From assembly GCA_004431415.1 (NCBI GenBank), contig QPMI01000617.1, positions 1-19,924 of the forward strand: a stretch of DNA of 19,924 nucleotides, read 5' to 3'. The translations under genes and the position numbers were made by a program. Below, piece after piece: positions 7,849 through 19,924 of the stretch; within the stretch, counting starts at the first letter, position 1; each line of letters begins with the position of its first letter. The notes under the pieces are model-generated. The model ran no database searches. It was not told where the DNA came from and worked only from the letters and a program-made list of their open reading frames with translations. This DNA comes from Cyanophora paradoxa CCMP329 (taxonomy: Eukaryota; Plantae; Glaucophyta).

Positions 7849-8710
7849 ATGTACTTGCGCAAGCAAGCTCAAGCAGCGGTTAAGATCTGCAAGGATCGGC
7901 GAATTCAATTAAGGCCCCGCCGAGGGCCCTTCTTTCCCCCAATGCAAAACCGGCTCTCTTTCGCCCCATCGGCCTTCCCGATGCGACACGGAAAATACTC
8001 CCCTTCCCGCCCAGCCCTCCTGCGCCACAGCACACCTTCTGCACAGCCCTGGGCATCAACAAGACCACCACTTCATCCATCCAAAAAGACCTCGCGCTGC
8101 TACTCGACCAATATCTCCGAGCAATCTGGAGGGACCGTCGGACCGATGCGCCGCAACCATTCCTGGGAAATCCGACAAGGCATCACCGATAGGACCAAAC
8201 GTAGATTTCGCAGCGGAAGCGGAAGCCGGGTCCCCGCCCTCCCCGGCCCCCCTCCCCCCCCTCCCCGCCCTCTCCCCCCCCCTCTCCCTTCACAATACCA
8301 TTTGCAAAAAAACCATCGATATCCGCCGGTTGCGTCCTCTCCGCCTCCCACCCCGCCTCTCCGCCGGTTGCGTCCTCCCTCCCATCAATTGCACGCAACC
8401 CTCAATTCTTCGCGGGCCGCACGCTTGCAGCCCCGGTCCCTCAGACAGCAGAACAGTAGACGCTAATTATAAAGCTAAACGAGAGCCTAGCGGCCAGCAC
8501 CCTGCCCACCCGTCCTCAGGGTCCAACCCTTCTTGCAACCGTCCAAACGTCCCGCTCCCCCCTTGCCCTTCCCCAAGCGCGCGTGCCCGTCCCCTCTCCA
8601 CGCAAACGAGCAGCTGACGCTCTTCCCGGGCCAGTCCCTGACTCCAAACGCTCGCGTCCCGTGGCCCCTACCCTCGAGCTCCCGCCCCTCCGCCCGCCTT
8701 ATACATATAA
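7849..8710 (+). pseudogene. Cryptic or degenerate Pro-rich ORF in the array unit, possibly a non-LTR retrotransposon ORF2 C-terminal remnant
   Basis: Taking the longer C/G homopolymer alleles across copies gives one frame: MYLRKQAQAAVKICKDRRIQLRPPPRALLSPNAKPALFRPIGLPDATRKILPFPAPALLRPQHTFCTALGINKTTTSSIQKDLALLLDQYLRAIWRDRRTDAPATIPGKSDKASPIGPNVDFAAEAEAGSPPSPAPPP. The frame beyond the poly-C tract is ambiguous (stop at 8457-8459, 8464-8466 or 8708-8710). Confidence 0.3.
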
Positions 8711-8810
8711 TTACCTAAACCCACGACTAATTATATATAAAAGGACGGCGGCCGGCCGCAAGACGATCAAGCGTGTAACCAAAAACTTTTTAAAGCGAGA
8801 ACGGTGCCCG

Positions 8811-11257
8811 CAGGACACCTCACTTTCACGTCCCTTTTCGCACCCGGCAAGTACAAACCTCTCGAGCTCTGGCACCGCCAGCCGCCGCTCTGACGACGCC
8901 TGCTGAACCCGACCCCCCCCCCCCCCCAACCACCCATTCCCGGCTCGCTGAGTCGACGTCCCCTCCCTCGTCGACCCAGCCGACACCCCAAACCTTGAAC
9001 GACCCTCGACCATCCTCGGTCCCTCCCCAGGCCTCGACCGACCCCCAGGCTCCGGATCCGGCCCCACGCCGGCTTCGGCCACCCTTTGGCTTCGGCCACT
9101 AGTACTCCCCCGGCTTCGGCTACAATCTTGGCCTCGGCCACCCTCCGGCTTCGGCCCGGCTCTGGCTTCGGCACCCCCCGGCTTCGGCCGACCCTTTCCG
9201 ACCCTCGCGCCCGCCTTGCCTCCATGCTCCCAGCTCTCTCAGAGAGTCTGCTCCGTCTGCAATTGTCCGCGCTCTCTCCACTCGGTCGTCTCCGCACCCC
9301 TCCCGCCCGCCCCGCATCCGCTGCCACCCCTGCTACTGCCTCTGCGCACTCCCTCTCCTTCCTCCTCTCTCCTCCTACCACCTCCTTCACCTTGACAAGA
9401 CAGGGCACGGACTAATCCGGGCCCTGGGGCGCAGGTGAGGCGGAGTAGGGACCCGGAAGGCGGAGGAGTGGTGGTGCGGCGGCAAGGGAGGGCGGCGGAC
9501 TGCGGGACCTTTCACTTCCAGGGCTCATGAGGGATGGAGGAGTTGATCAAGGGGTGGGCGCGTGGACTGGTTACGGCTATCGATATCCCCGAAAACCATG
9601 TCTCCCCCACTCAGGCGATCGCGAACCTCCCATATTGAGCGACCCAAGGCCGGCAACTTGCTAACACTTCAGCTAGATAGTCGACCGGTCGGAAGGGCAC
9701 GTCACGTAGAACATTGCCAAGTTGATACATGTGCCGTGGTTTATCAATGCGACGTCCATCTGTGCAAACAAAGGAAGGGGGGGGGGCGGCGAGTATGTCA
9801 GGGGCTCATTTACGATTGATCATGATCTTGTTTGTTTTGAATTCATTAATTGCAGATGACAAGCTTAAGGGGGCCACGATTTCAGCGCGCGAGTGCGTGC
9901 GCGAATTCGAGTGCATGACCGAAAAGCATGCATTGCAACGATCGCGAACGTTCATGATCATGTTCGTTTGTGAAGGGGCGCGAATATTCGCGCGCACGAT
10001 TGCCGTGCCTGACCCGCCCTGAACGAAATGCATGCATTGCAATACGACCGAGGCAGGAGCGCTCCTGATCGTGTTCGTTCGTGAACTTCTTTGTTTCGCG
10101 CGTGCACGAATGGCCTGAACCGCGCGCACGCGATGCGCTAATGAATCGCTTTTGTTTTTCATTAATTCATTTGAAGAGGGGCCGACGATTTAAGGACCGA
10201 CGATTTAACAGTGCGCGCGCGTGGTGCGTGCGCAACTTCGTGCCTGACCCGCGATGCGCTAAGGTCTGCGGTCTTTAAATTGTCGCGCCCCGGTATGTAC
10301 TTGCGCAAGCAAGCTCAAGCAGCGGTTAAGATCTGCAAGGATCGGCGAATTCAATTAAGGCCCCCGCCGAGGCCTTCTTTCCCCAATGCAAAACCGGCTC
10401 TCTTTCGCCCCATCGGCCTTCCCGATGCGACACGGAAAATACTCCCTTCCCCGCCCAGCCCTCCTGCGCCCACAGCACACCTTCTGCACAGCCCTGGGCA
10501 TCAACAAGACCACCACTTCATCCATCCAAAAAGACCTCGCGCTGCTACTCGACCAATATCTCCGAGCAATCTGGAGGGACCGTCGGACCGATGCGCCCGC
10601 AACCATTCCTGGGAAATCCGACAAGGCATCACCGATAGGACCAAACGTAGATTTCGCAGCGGAAGCGGAAGCCGGGTCCCCGCCCTCCCCGGCCCCCCCT
10701 CCCCCCCCTCCCCCGCCCTCTCCCCTCCCCTCCTTCACAATACCATTTGCAAAAAAACCATCGATATCCGCCGTTGCGTCCTCTCCGCCTCCCACCCCGC
10801 CTCTCCGCCGGTTGCGTCTCCCTCCCATCAATTGCACGCAACCCTCAATTCTTCGCGGCCGCACGCTTGCAGCCCCGGTCCCTCAGACAGCAGAACAGTA
10901 GACGCTAATTATAAAGCTAAACGAGAGCCTAGCGGCCAGCACCCTGCCCACCCCGTCCTCAGGGTCCAACCCCTTCTTGCAACCGTCCAAACGTCCCGCT
11001 CCCCCCTTGCCCCTTCCCCCAAGCGCGCGTGCCCGTCCCCCTCTCCACGCAAACGAGCAGCTGACGCTCTTCCGGGCCAGTCCCTGACTCCAAACGCTCG
11101 CGTCCCGTGGCCCCTACCCCTCGAGCTCCCGCCCCTCCGCCCGCCTTATACATATAATTACCTAAACCCACGACTAATTATATATAAAAGGACGGCGGCC
11201 GGCCGCAAGACGATCAAGCGTGTAACCAAAAACTTTTTAAAGCGAGAACGGTGCCCG
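8811..11257 (+). repeat. Array unit copy 2
   Basis: Direct sequence comparison. Confidence 0.95.
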
Positions 11258-13711
11258 CAGGACACCTCACTTTCACGTCCCTTTTCGCACCCGGCAAGTA
11301 CAAACCTCTCGAGCTCGTGGCACCGCCAGCCGCCGCTCTGACGACGCCTGCTGAACCCGACCCCCCCCCCCCCCCCCCCCCCAACCACCATTCCCGGCTC
11401 GCTGAGTCGACGTCCCCTCCCTCGTCGACCCAGCCGACACCCCAAACCTTGAACGACCCTCGACCATCCTCGGTCCCTCCCAGGCCTCGATCGACCCCCA
11501 GGCTCCGGATCCGGCCCCACGCCGGCTTCGGCCACCCTTTGGCTTCGGCCACTAGTACTCCCCCGGCTTCGCCACAATCTTGGCCTCGGCCACCCTCCGG
11601 CTTCGGCCCGGCTCTGGCTTCGGCCACCCCCCCGGCTTCGGCCGACCCTTTCCGACCCCTCGCGGCCCGCCTTGCCTCCATGCTCCCAGCTCTCTCAGAG
11701 AGTCTGCTCCGTCTGCAATTGTCCGCGCTCTCTCCACTCGGTCGTCTCCGCACCCCTCCCCGCCCCGCCCCGCATCCGCTGCCCACCCCCTGCTACTGCC
11801 TCTGCGCACTCCCTCTCCTTCCTCCTCTCCTCCTCCTACCACCTCCTTCACCTTGACAAGACAGGGCACGGACTAATCCGGGCCCTGGGGCGCAGGTGAG
11901 GCGGAGTAGGGACCCGGAAGGCGGAGGAGTGGTGGTGCGGCGGCAAGGGAGGGCGGCGGACTGCGGGACCTTTCACTTCCAGGGCTCATGAGGGATGGAG
12001 GAGTTGATCAAGGGGTGGGCGCGTGGGACTGGTTACGGCTATCGATATCCCCGAAAACCATGTCTCCCCCACTCAGGCGATCGCGAACCTCCCATATTGA
12101 GCGACCCAAGGCCGGCAACTTGCTAACACTTCAGCTAGATAGTCGACCGGTCGGAAGGGCACGTCACGTAGAACATTGCCAAGTGATACATGTGCCGTGG
12201 TTTATCAATGCGACGTCCATCTGTGCAAACAAAGGAAGGGGGGGGGGGGGGCGGCGAGTATGTCAGGGCTCATTTACGATTGATCATGATCTTGTTTGTT
12301 TGAATTCATTAATTGCAGATGACAAGCTTAAGGGGCCACGATTTCAGCGCGCGAGTGCGTGCGCGAATTCGAGTGCATGACCGAAAAGCATGCATTGCAA
12401 CGATCGCGAACGTTCATGATCATGTTCGTTTGTGAAGGGGCGCGAATATTCGCGCGCACGATTGCCGCGCCTGACCCGCCCTGAACGAAATGCATGCATT
12501 GCAATACGACCGAGGCAGGAGCGCTCCTGATCGTGTTCGTTCGTGAACTTCTTTGTTTCGCGCGTGCACGAATGGCCTGAACCGCGCGCACGCGATGCGC
12601 TAATGAATCGCTTTTGTTTTTCATTAATTCATTTGAAGAGGGGCCGACGATTTAAGGACCGACGATTTAACAGTGCGCGCGCGTGGTGCGTGCGCAACTT
12701 CGTGCCTGACCCGCGATGCGCTAAGGTCTGCGGTCTTTAAATTGTCGCGCCCCGGTATGTACTTGCGCAAGCAAGCTCAAGCAGCGGTTAAGATCTGCAA
12801 GGATCGGCGAATTCAATTAAGGCCCCGCCGAGGGCCCTTCTTTCCCCCAATGCAAAACCGGCTCTCTTTCGCCCCATCGGCCTTCCGATGCGACACGGAA
12901 AATACTCCCCTTCCCCGCCCCAGCCCTCCTGCGCCCACAGCACACCTTCTGCACAGCCCTGGCATCAACAAGACCACCACTTCATCCATCCAAAAAGACC
13001 TCGCGCTGCTACTCGACCAATATCTCCGAGCAATCTGGAGGGACCGTCGGACCGATGCGCCCGCAACCATTCCTGGGAAATCCGACAAGGCATCACCGAT
13101 AGGACCAAACGTAGATTTCGCAGCGGAAGCGGAAGCCGGGTCCCCGCCCTCCCGGCCCCCTCCCCCCCCTCCCCGCCCTCTCCCCCCCCTCCCTTCACAA
13201 TACCATTTGCAAAAAAACCATCGATATCCGCCGGTTGCGTCCTCTCCGCCTCCCACCCGCCTCTCCGCCGGTTGCGTCTCCTCCCATCAATTGCACGCAA
13301 CCCTCAATTCTTCGCGGCCGCACGCTTGCAGCCCCGGTCCCTCAGACAGCAGAACAGTAGACGCTAATTATAAAGCTAAACGAGAGCCTAGCGGCCAGCA
13401 CCCTGCCCACCCCGCCTCAGGGTCCAACCCCTTCTTGCAACCGTCCAAACGTCCCGCTCCCCCCCTTGCCCTTCCCCAAGCGCGCGTGCCCGTCCCCCTC
13501 TCCACGCAAACGAGCAGCTGACGCTCTTCCCGGCCAGTCCTGACTCCAAACGCTCGCGTCCCGTGGCCCCTACCCCTCGAGCTCCCGCCCCTCCGCCGCC
13601 TTATACATATAATTACCTAAACCCACGACTAATTATATATAAAAGGACGGCGGCCGGCCGCAAGACGATCAAGCGTGTAACCAAAAACTTTTTAAAGCGA
13701 GAACGTGCCCG
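11258..13711 (+). repeat. Array unit copy 3
   Basis: Direct sequence comparison. Confidence 0.95.
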
Positions 13712-16128
13712 CAGGACACCTCACTTTCACGTCCCTTTTCGCACCCGGCAAGTACAAACCTCTCGAGCTCGTGGCACCGCCAGCCGCCGCTCTGACGACG
13801 CCTGCTGAACCCGACCCCCCCCCCCCCCCCCAACCACCCATTCCCGGCTCGCTGAGTCGACGTCCCCTCCCTCGTCGACCCAGCCGACACCCAAACCTTG
13901 AACGACCCTCGACCATCCTCGTCCTCCCCAGGCCTCGACCGACCCCCAGGCTCCGGATCCGCCCCCACGCCGGCTTCGCCACCCCTTTGGCTTCGCCACT
14001 AGTACTCCCCGGCTTCGGCCACAATCTGGCCTCGCCACCCCCCGGCTTCGGCCCGGCTCTGGCTTCGGCACCCCCCGGCTTCGGCCGACCCTTTCCGACC
14101 CCTCGCGGCCCGCCTTGCTCCATGCTCCCACTCTCTCAGAGAGTCTGCTCCGTCTGCAATTGTCCGCGCTCTCTCCACTCGGTCGTCTCCGCACCCTCCC
14201 GCCCCGCCCCGCATCCGCTGCCCACCCCTGCTACTGCCTCTGCGCACTCCCTCTCCTCCTCCTCTCCTCCTCCTACCACCTCCTTCACCTTGACAAGACA
14301 GGGCACGGACTAATCCGGGCCCTGGGCGCAGGTGAGGCGAGTAGGGACCCGAAGGCGGAGGAGTGGTGGTGCGGCGGCAAGGAGGGCGGCGGACTGCGGA
14401 CCTTTCACTTCCAGGGCTCATGAGGGATGAGGAGTTGATCAAGGGTGGCGCGTGGACTGGTTACGGCTATCGATATCCCCGAAAACCATGTCTCCCCACT
14501 CAGGCGATCGCGAACCTCCCATATTGAGCGACCCAAGCCGGCAACTTGCTAACACTTCAGCTAGATAGTCGACCGGTCGAAGGGCACGTCACGTAGAACA
14601 TTGCAAGTTGATACATGTGCCGTGGTTTATCATGCGACGTCCATCTGTGCAAACAAAGGAAGGGGGGGGGGGGGGCGGCGAGTATGTCAGGGCTCATTTA
14701 CGATTGATCATATCTTGTTTGTTTGAATTCATTAATTGCAGATGACAAGCTTAAGGGGGCCACGATTTCAGCGCGCGAGTGCGTGCGCGAATTCGAGTGC
14801 ATGACCGAAAAGCATGCATTGCAACGATCGCGAACGTTCATGATCATGTTCGTTGTGAAGGGCGCGAATATTCGCGCGCAACGATTGCCGCGCCTGACCC
14901 GCCCTGAAACGAAATGCATGCATTGCAATACGACCGAGGCAGGAGCGCTCCTGATCGTGTTCGTTCGTGAACTTCTTTGTTTCGCGCGTGCACGAATGGC
15001 CTGAACCGCGCGCACGCGATGCGCTAATGAATCGCTTTGTTTTCATTAATTCATTTGAAGAGGGGCCGACGATTTAAGGACCGACGATTTAACAGTGCGC
15101 GCGCGTGGTGCGTGCGCAACTTCGTGCCTGACCCGCGATGCGCTAAGGTCTGCGGTCTTAAATGTCGCGCCCCGTATGTACTTGCGCAAGCAAGCTCAAG
15201 CAGCGGTTAAGATCTGCAAGGATCGGCGATTCAATTAAGGCCCCCGCCGAGGGCCCTCTTCCCCAATGCAAAACCGCTCTCTTTCGCCCCATCGCCTTCC
15301 GATGCGACACGGAAAATACTCCCCTTCCCCGCCCCAGCCCTCCTGCGCCCACAGCACACCTTCTGCACAGCCCTGGGCATCAACAAACCACCACTTCATC
15401 CATCCAAAAAGACCTCGCGCTGCTACTCGACCAATAATCTCCGAGCATCTGGAGGGACCGCGACCGATGCGCCCGCAACCATTCCTGGAAATCCGACAAG
15501 GCATCACCGATAGGACCAAACGTAGATTCGCAGCGGAAGCGGAAGCCGGCCCGCCCTCCCGGCCCCCTCCCCCCCCCTCCCCCGCCTCCCCCCCCCCTCT
15601 CCCTTCACAATACCATTGCAAAAAAACCATCGATATCCGCCGGTTGCGTCCTCTCCGCCTCCCACCCCGCCTCTCCGCCGGTTGCGTCCTCCCTCCCATC
15701 AATTGCACGCAACCCTCAATTCTTCGCGGGCCGCACGCTTGCAGCCCCGTCCCTCAGACAGCAGAACAGTAGACGCTAATTATAAAGCTAAACGAGAGCC
15801 TAGCGGCCAGCACCCTGCCCAACCCGTCCTCAGGGTCCAACCCTTCTTGCAACCGTCCAAACGTCCCGCTCCCCCCCTTGCCCCTTCCCCCAAGCGCGCG
15901 TGCCCGTCCCCCTCTCCACGCAAACGAGCAGCTGACGCTCTTCCGGGCCAGTCCCTGACTCCAAACGCTCGCGTCCCGTGGCCCCTACCCCTCGAGCTCC
16001 CGCCCCTCCGCCCGCCTTATACATATAATTACCTAAACCCACGACTAATTATATATAAAAGGACGGCGGCCGGCCGCAAGACGATCAAGCGTGTAACCAA
16101 AAACTTTTTAAAGCGAGAACGGTGCCCG
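13712..16128 (+). repeat. Array unit copy 4 (shortest; many 1-bp deletions)
   Basis: Direct sequence comparison; 2417 bp. Confidence 0.95.
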
Positions 16129-18585
16129 CAGGACACCTCACTTTCACGTCCCTTTTCGCACCCGCAAGTACAAACCTCTCGAGCTCGTGGCACCGCCAGC
16201 CGCCGCTCTGACGACGCCTGCTGAACCCGACCCCCCCCCCCCCCCCCACCCCCCCAACCACCCATTCCGGCTCGCTGAGTCGACGTCCCCTCCCTCGTCG
16301 ACCCAGCCGACACCCCAAACCTTGAACGACCCTCGACCATCCCGGTCCCTCCCAGGCCTCGACCGACCCCCAGGCTCCGGATCCGGCCCCCACGCCGCTT
16401 CGGCACCCTTTGGCTTCGGCCACTAGTACTCCCCCGGCTTCGGCCACAATCTTGGCCTCGGCACCCCTCCGGCTTCGGCCCGGCTCTGGCTTCGGCCACC
16501 CCCGGCTTCGGCCGACCCTTTCCGACCCCTCGCGGCCCGCCTTGCCTCCATGCTCCCAGCTCTCTCAGAGAGTCTGCTCCGTCTGCAATTGTCCGCGCTC
16601 TCTCCACTCGTTCGTCTCCGCACCCCTCCCCGCCCCGCCCCGCATCCGCTGCCCACCCCCTGCTACTGCCTCTGCGCACTCCCTCTCCTTCTCCTCTCCT
16701 CCTCCTACCACCTCCTTCACCTTGACAAGACAGGGCACGGACTAATCCGGGCCCTGGGCGCAGGTGAGGCGGAGTAGGGACCCGGAAGGCGGAGGAGTGG
16801 TGGTGCGGCGGCAAGGGAGGGCGGCGGACTGCGGACCTTCACTTCCAGGGCTCATGAGGGATGGAGGAGTTGATCAAGGGTGGGCGCGTGGGACTGGTTA
16901 CGGCTATCGATATCCCGAAAACCATGTCTCCCCCACTCAGGCGATCGCGAACCTCCCATATTGAGCGATCCAAGGCCGGCAACTTGCTAACACTTCAGCT
17001 AGATAGTCGACCGTCGGAAGGGCACGTCACGTAGAACATTGCCAAGTTGATACATGTGCCGTGGTTTATCAATGCGACGTCCATCTGTGCAAACAAAGGA
17101 AGGGGGGGGGGCGGGCGAGTATGTCAGGGCTCATTTACGATTGATCATGATCTTGTTTGTTTTGAATTCATTAATTGCAGATGACAAGCTAAGGGGACCA
17201 CGATTTCAGCGCGCGAGTGCGTGCGCGAATTCGAGTGCATGACCGAAAAGCATGCATTGCAACGATCGCGAACGTTCATGATCATGTTCGTTTGTGAAGG
17301 GGCGCGAATATTCGCGCGCACGATTGCCCGCGCCTGACCCGCCCTGAACGAAATGCATGCATTGCAATACGACCGAGGCAGGAGCGCTCCTGATCGTGTT
17401 CGTTCGTGAACTTCTTTGTTTCGCGCGTGCACGAATGGCTGAACCGCGCGCACGCGATGCGCTAATGAATCGCTTTTGTTTTCATTAATTCATTTGAAGA
17501 GGGGCCGACGATTTAAGGACCGACGATTTAACAGTGCGCGCGCGTGGTGCGTGCGCAACTTCGTGCCTGACCCGCGATGCGCTAAGGTCTGCGGTCTTTA
17601 AATTGTCGCGGCCCCGGTATGTACTTGCGCAAGCAAGCTCAAGCAGCGGTTAAGATCTGCAAGGATCGGCGAATTCAATTAAAGGCCCCCGCCGAGGGCC
17701 CTTCTTTCCCCCAATGCAAAACCGGCTCTCTTCGCCCATCGGCCTCCCGATGCGACACGGAAAATACTCCCCTTCCCCGCCCCAGCCCTCCTGCGCCCAC
17801 AGCACACCTTCTGCACAGCCCTGGGCATCAACAAGACCACCACTCATCCATCCAAAAGACCTCGCGCTGCTACTCGACCAATATCTCCGAGCAATCTGGA
17901 GGACCGTCGGACCCGATGCGCCCGCAACCATTCCTGGAAATCCGACAAGGCATCACCGATAGGACCAAACGTAGATTTCGCAGCGGAAGCGGAAGCCGGG
18001 TCCCCGCCCTCCCGGCCCCCCCTCCCCCCCCTCCCCGCCCTCTCCCCCCCCCTCCCTTCACAATACCATTTGCAAAAAAAACCATCGATATCCGCCGGTT
18101 GCGTCCTCTCCGCCTCCCACCCCCCTCTCCGCCGGTTGCGTCCTCCCTCCCATCAATTGCACGCAACCCTCAATTCTTCGCGGGCCGCACGCTTGCAGCC
18201 CCGGTCCCTCAGACAGCAGAACAGTAGACGCTAATTATAAAGCTAAACGAGAGCCTAGCGGCCAGCACCCTGCCCACCCCGTCCTCAGGGTCCAACCCCT
18301 TCTTGCAACCGTCCAAACGTCCCGCTCCCCCCCTTGCCCCTTCCCCCAAGCGCGCGTGCCCGTCCCCCTCTCCACGCAAACGAGCAGCTGACGCTCTTCC
18401 CGGGCCAGTCCCTGACTCCAAACGCTCGCGTCCCGTGGCCCCTACCCCTCGAGCTCCCGCCCCTCCGCCCGCCTTATACATATAATTACCTAAACCCACG
18501 ACTAATTATATATAAAAGGACGGCGGCCGGCCGCAAGACGATCAAGCGTGTAACCAAAAACTTTTTAAAGCGAGAACGGTGCCCG
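16129..18585 (+). repeat. Array unit copy 5
   Basis: Direct sequence comparison. Confidence 0.95.
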
Positions 18586-19924
18586 CAGGACACCTCACTT
18601 TCACGTCCCTTTTCGCACCCGGCAAGTACAAACCTCTCGAGCTCGTGGCACCGCCAGCCGCCGCTCTGACGACGCCTGCTGAACCCGACCCCCCCCCCCC
18701 CCCCACCACCCATTCCCGGCTCGCTGAGTCGACGTCCCCTCCCTCGTCGACCCAGCCGACACCCCAAACCTTGAACGACCCTCGACCATCCTCGGTCCCT
18801 CCCCAGGCCTCGATCGACCCCCAGGCTCCGGATCCGGCCCCCACGCCGGCTTCGGCCACCCCTTTGGCTTCGGCCACTAGTACTCCCCCGGCTTCGGCCA
18901 CAATCTTGGCCTCGGCCACCCCTCCGGCTTCGGCCCGGCTCTGGCTTCGGCCACCCCCCGGCTTCGGCCGACCCTTTCCGACCCCTCGCGGCCCGCCTTG
19001 CCTCCATGCCCCCAGCTCTCTCAGAGAGTCTGCTCCGTCTGCAATTGTCCGCGCTCTCTCCACTCGGTCGTCTCCGCACCCCTCCCCGCCCCCCCCGCAT
19101 CCGCTGCCCACCCCCTGCTACTGCCTCTGCGCACTCCCTCTCCTTCCTCCTCTCCTCCTCCTACCACCTCCTTCACCTTGACAAGACAGGGCACGGACTA
19201 ATCCGGGCCCTGGGGCGCAGGTGAGGCGGAGTAGGGACCCGGAAGGCGGAGGAGTGGTGGTGCGGCGGCAAGGGAGGGCGGCGGACTGCGGACCTTTCAC
19301 TTCCAGGGCTCATGAGGGATGGAGGAGTTGATCAAGGGGTGGGCGCGTGGGACTGGTTACGGCTATCGATATCCCCGAAAACCATGTCTCCCCCACTCAG
19401 GCGATCGCGAACCTCCCATATTGAGCGACCCAAGGCCGGCAACTTGCTAACACTTCAGCTAGATAGTCGACCGGTCGGAAGGCACGTCACGTAGAACATT
19501 GCCAAGTTGATACATGTGCCGTGGTTTATCAATGCGACGTCCATCTGTGCAAACAAAGGAAGGGGGGGGGGGGGCGGCGAGTATGTCAGGGGCTCATTTA
19601 CGATTGATCATGATCTTGTTTGTTTTGAATTCATTAATTGCAGATGACAAGCTTAAGGGGGCCACGATTTCAGCGCGCGAGTGCGTGCGCGAATTCGAGT
19701 GCATGACCGAAAAGCATGCATTGCAACGATCGCGAACGTTCATGATCATGTTCGTTGTGAAGGGGCGAATATTCGCGCGCACGATTGCCGCGCCTGACCC
19801 GCCCTGAACGAAATGCATGCATTGCATACGACCGAGGCAGGAGCGCTCCTGATCGTGTTCGTTCGTGAACTTCTTTGTTTCGCGCGTGCACGAATGGCCT
19901 GAACCGCGCGCACGCGATGCGCTA
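18586..19924 (+). repeat. Array unit copy 6 (partial, cut by window end)
   Basis: Direct sequence comparison. Confidence 0.95.

Larger units (their letters stand above)
6359..8810 (+). repeat. Array unit copy 1 (phase defined by the retrotransposon junction)
   Basis: Direct sequence comparison with the following copies. Confidence 0.95.
6359..19924 (+). repeat. Head-to-tail tandem array (macrosatellite) of a ~2.45 kb unit, ~5.5 copies, running off the window end
   Basis: CAGGACACCTCACTTTCACG recurs at 6359, 8811, 11258, 13712, 16129 and 18586 (periods 2452, 2447, 2454, 2417, 2457). The copies are collinear and near-identical. Confidence 0.98.

Noticed and set aside
8714-8722. Telomere-like CCTAAACCC, and CCTAAAAC at 6352-6359
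   Set aside because: These are single short matches with no tandem telomeric repeats, as expected by chance in an AT island.
6359-8810. 5S rRNA, snRNA, spliced-leader, tRNA or histone gene as the basis of the tandem unit
   Set aside because: I recognised no diagnostic motifs on either strand by eye. GATCAAGCGTGTA near 8765 resembles U2 only superficially. An Rfam scan would be needed to exclude divergent RNAs.
11491-18814. Three-unit higher-order repeat suggested by a C>T variant shared by copies 3 and 6 (11491, 18814)
   Set aside because: Variants private to copy 1 (7044) and copy 2 (9121) are not shared with copies 4 and 5, and one site is insufficient given the error rate.

Overview
Eukaryotic, GC-rich repetitive DNA with two parts. 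(1) Bases 1-~6360 are the 3' ~6.4 kb of a Ty3/gypsy (Metaviridae-type) LTR retrotransposon on the + strand. The pol domain order is protease - RT - RNase H - integrase, and gag and the 5' LTR lie outside the window. Pol is unusually long because of two inserted regions, and the integrase ends in an AT-hook-like motif plus an acidic tail rather than a chromodomain. A highly structured 3' region and a candidate short 3' LTR follow. (2) Bases 6359-19924 are a head-to-tail tandem array of a ~2.45 kb unit (5 full copies plus ~0.55), and the copies are almost identical. Each unit contains a GGCTTCGGCC minisatellite, a ~200 bp degenerate inverted repeat at which two convergent reading frames end (QGTD* / QGPD*), a palindrome-dense block of mosaic subrepeats, and a cryptic Pro-rich ORF whose N-terminal part weakly resembles a LINE ORF2 C-terminus. 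The frameshifts I could check in pol, and most copy-to-copy differences in the array, are 1-bp losses in homopolymer runs. This points to long-read sequencing or consensus error, so the retrotransposon may be intact. I found no rRNA, tRNA, snRNA or CRISPR array. Most ORFs in the supplied track are shadow or low-complexity frames.
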